Shown here in pieces: positions 26,945-27,026 of a DNA stretch of 27,026 bases. A program made the position numbers and the translations under genes. How positions within the stretch are numbered: the first letter of the stretch is position 1; the number at the start of each line of letters is the position of its first letter. Source of the stretch: Candidatus Thorarchaeota archaeon (GTDB taxonomy: Archaea > Asgardarchaeota > Thorarchaeia > Thorarchaeales > Thorarchaeaceae); contig DXJO01000009.1 of NCBI GenBank assembly GCA_019057475.1, positions 1 through 27,026 of the forward strand, given 5' to 3'. A model generated the notes under the pieces. That model saw only the letters and a program-made list of their open reading frames with translations. It was not told where the DNA came from and searched no databases.

Positions 26945-27026
26945 GACGGTAGAGTCATCCTTGGACTTGGTTCTCGTCCTGGACTGACACTACATGTACA
27001 GGTCCCTCTCTGGAGTATATTAACAC

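Overview
Archaeal-looking DNA (TATA-type promoters, geranylgeranyl reductase, RHH/VapB antitoxins; gene content suggests an Asgard/Thorarchaeia-like host, which is inference only). Both edges carry IS607-type TnpB material on the - strand that the ORF track missed: the 5' part of a tnpB gene at 1-738 and an omegaRNA/right-end-like structured module at about 26790-26944. The region 1.9-18.9 kb holds metabolic and accessory genes: geranylgeranyl reductase, single-chain transketolase, an unusual DUF116 + squalene/phytoene-synthase-like fusion, ICMT-like methyltransferase, radical SAM, GT4, a RelE-type TA pair, an extended SDR and an acyl-CoA synthetase. The most striking feature is at 19.0-25.7 kb. 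Eight same-orientation copies of an intergenic repeat (consensus about GAAATGAAAGGGTGCTCAGCAGTRRGCAAAGGGTAAGCTCCCGAT) divide the region into gene-sized modules: CAAX protease; DinB; GNAT; VapBC plus RNase H; C39-like peptidase; HicB-DinB; Doc TA pair. Two copies extend into a ~120-nt foldable element, and each lies behind a TA operon; the two operons share a homologous antitoxin and promoter but have unrelated toxins. This looks like a gene-cassette array with a non-attC boundary site. No recombinase is visible in the window.
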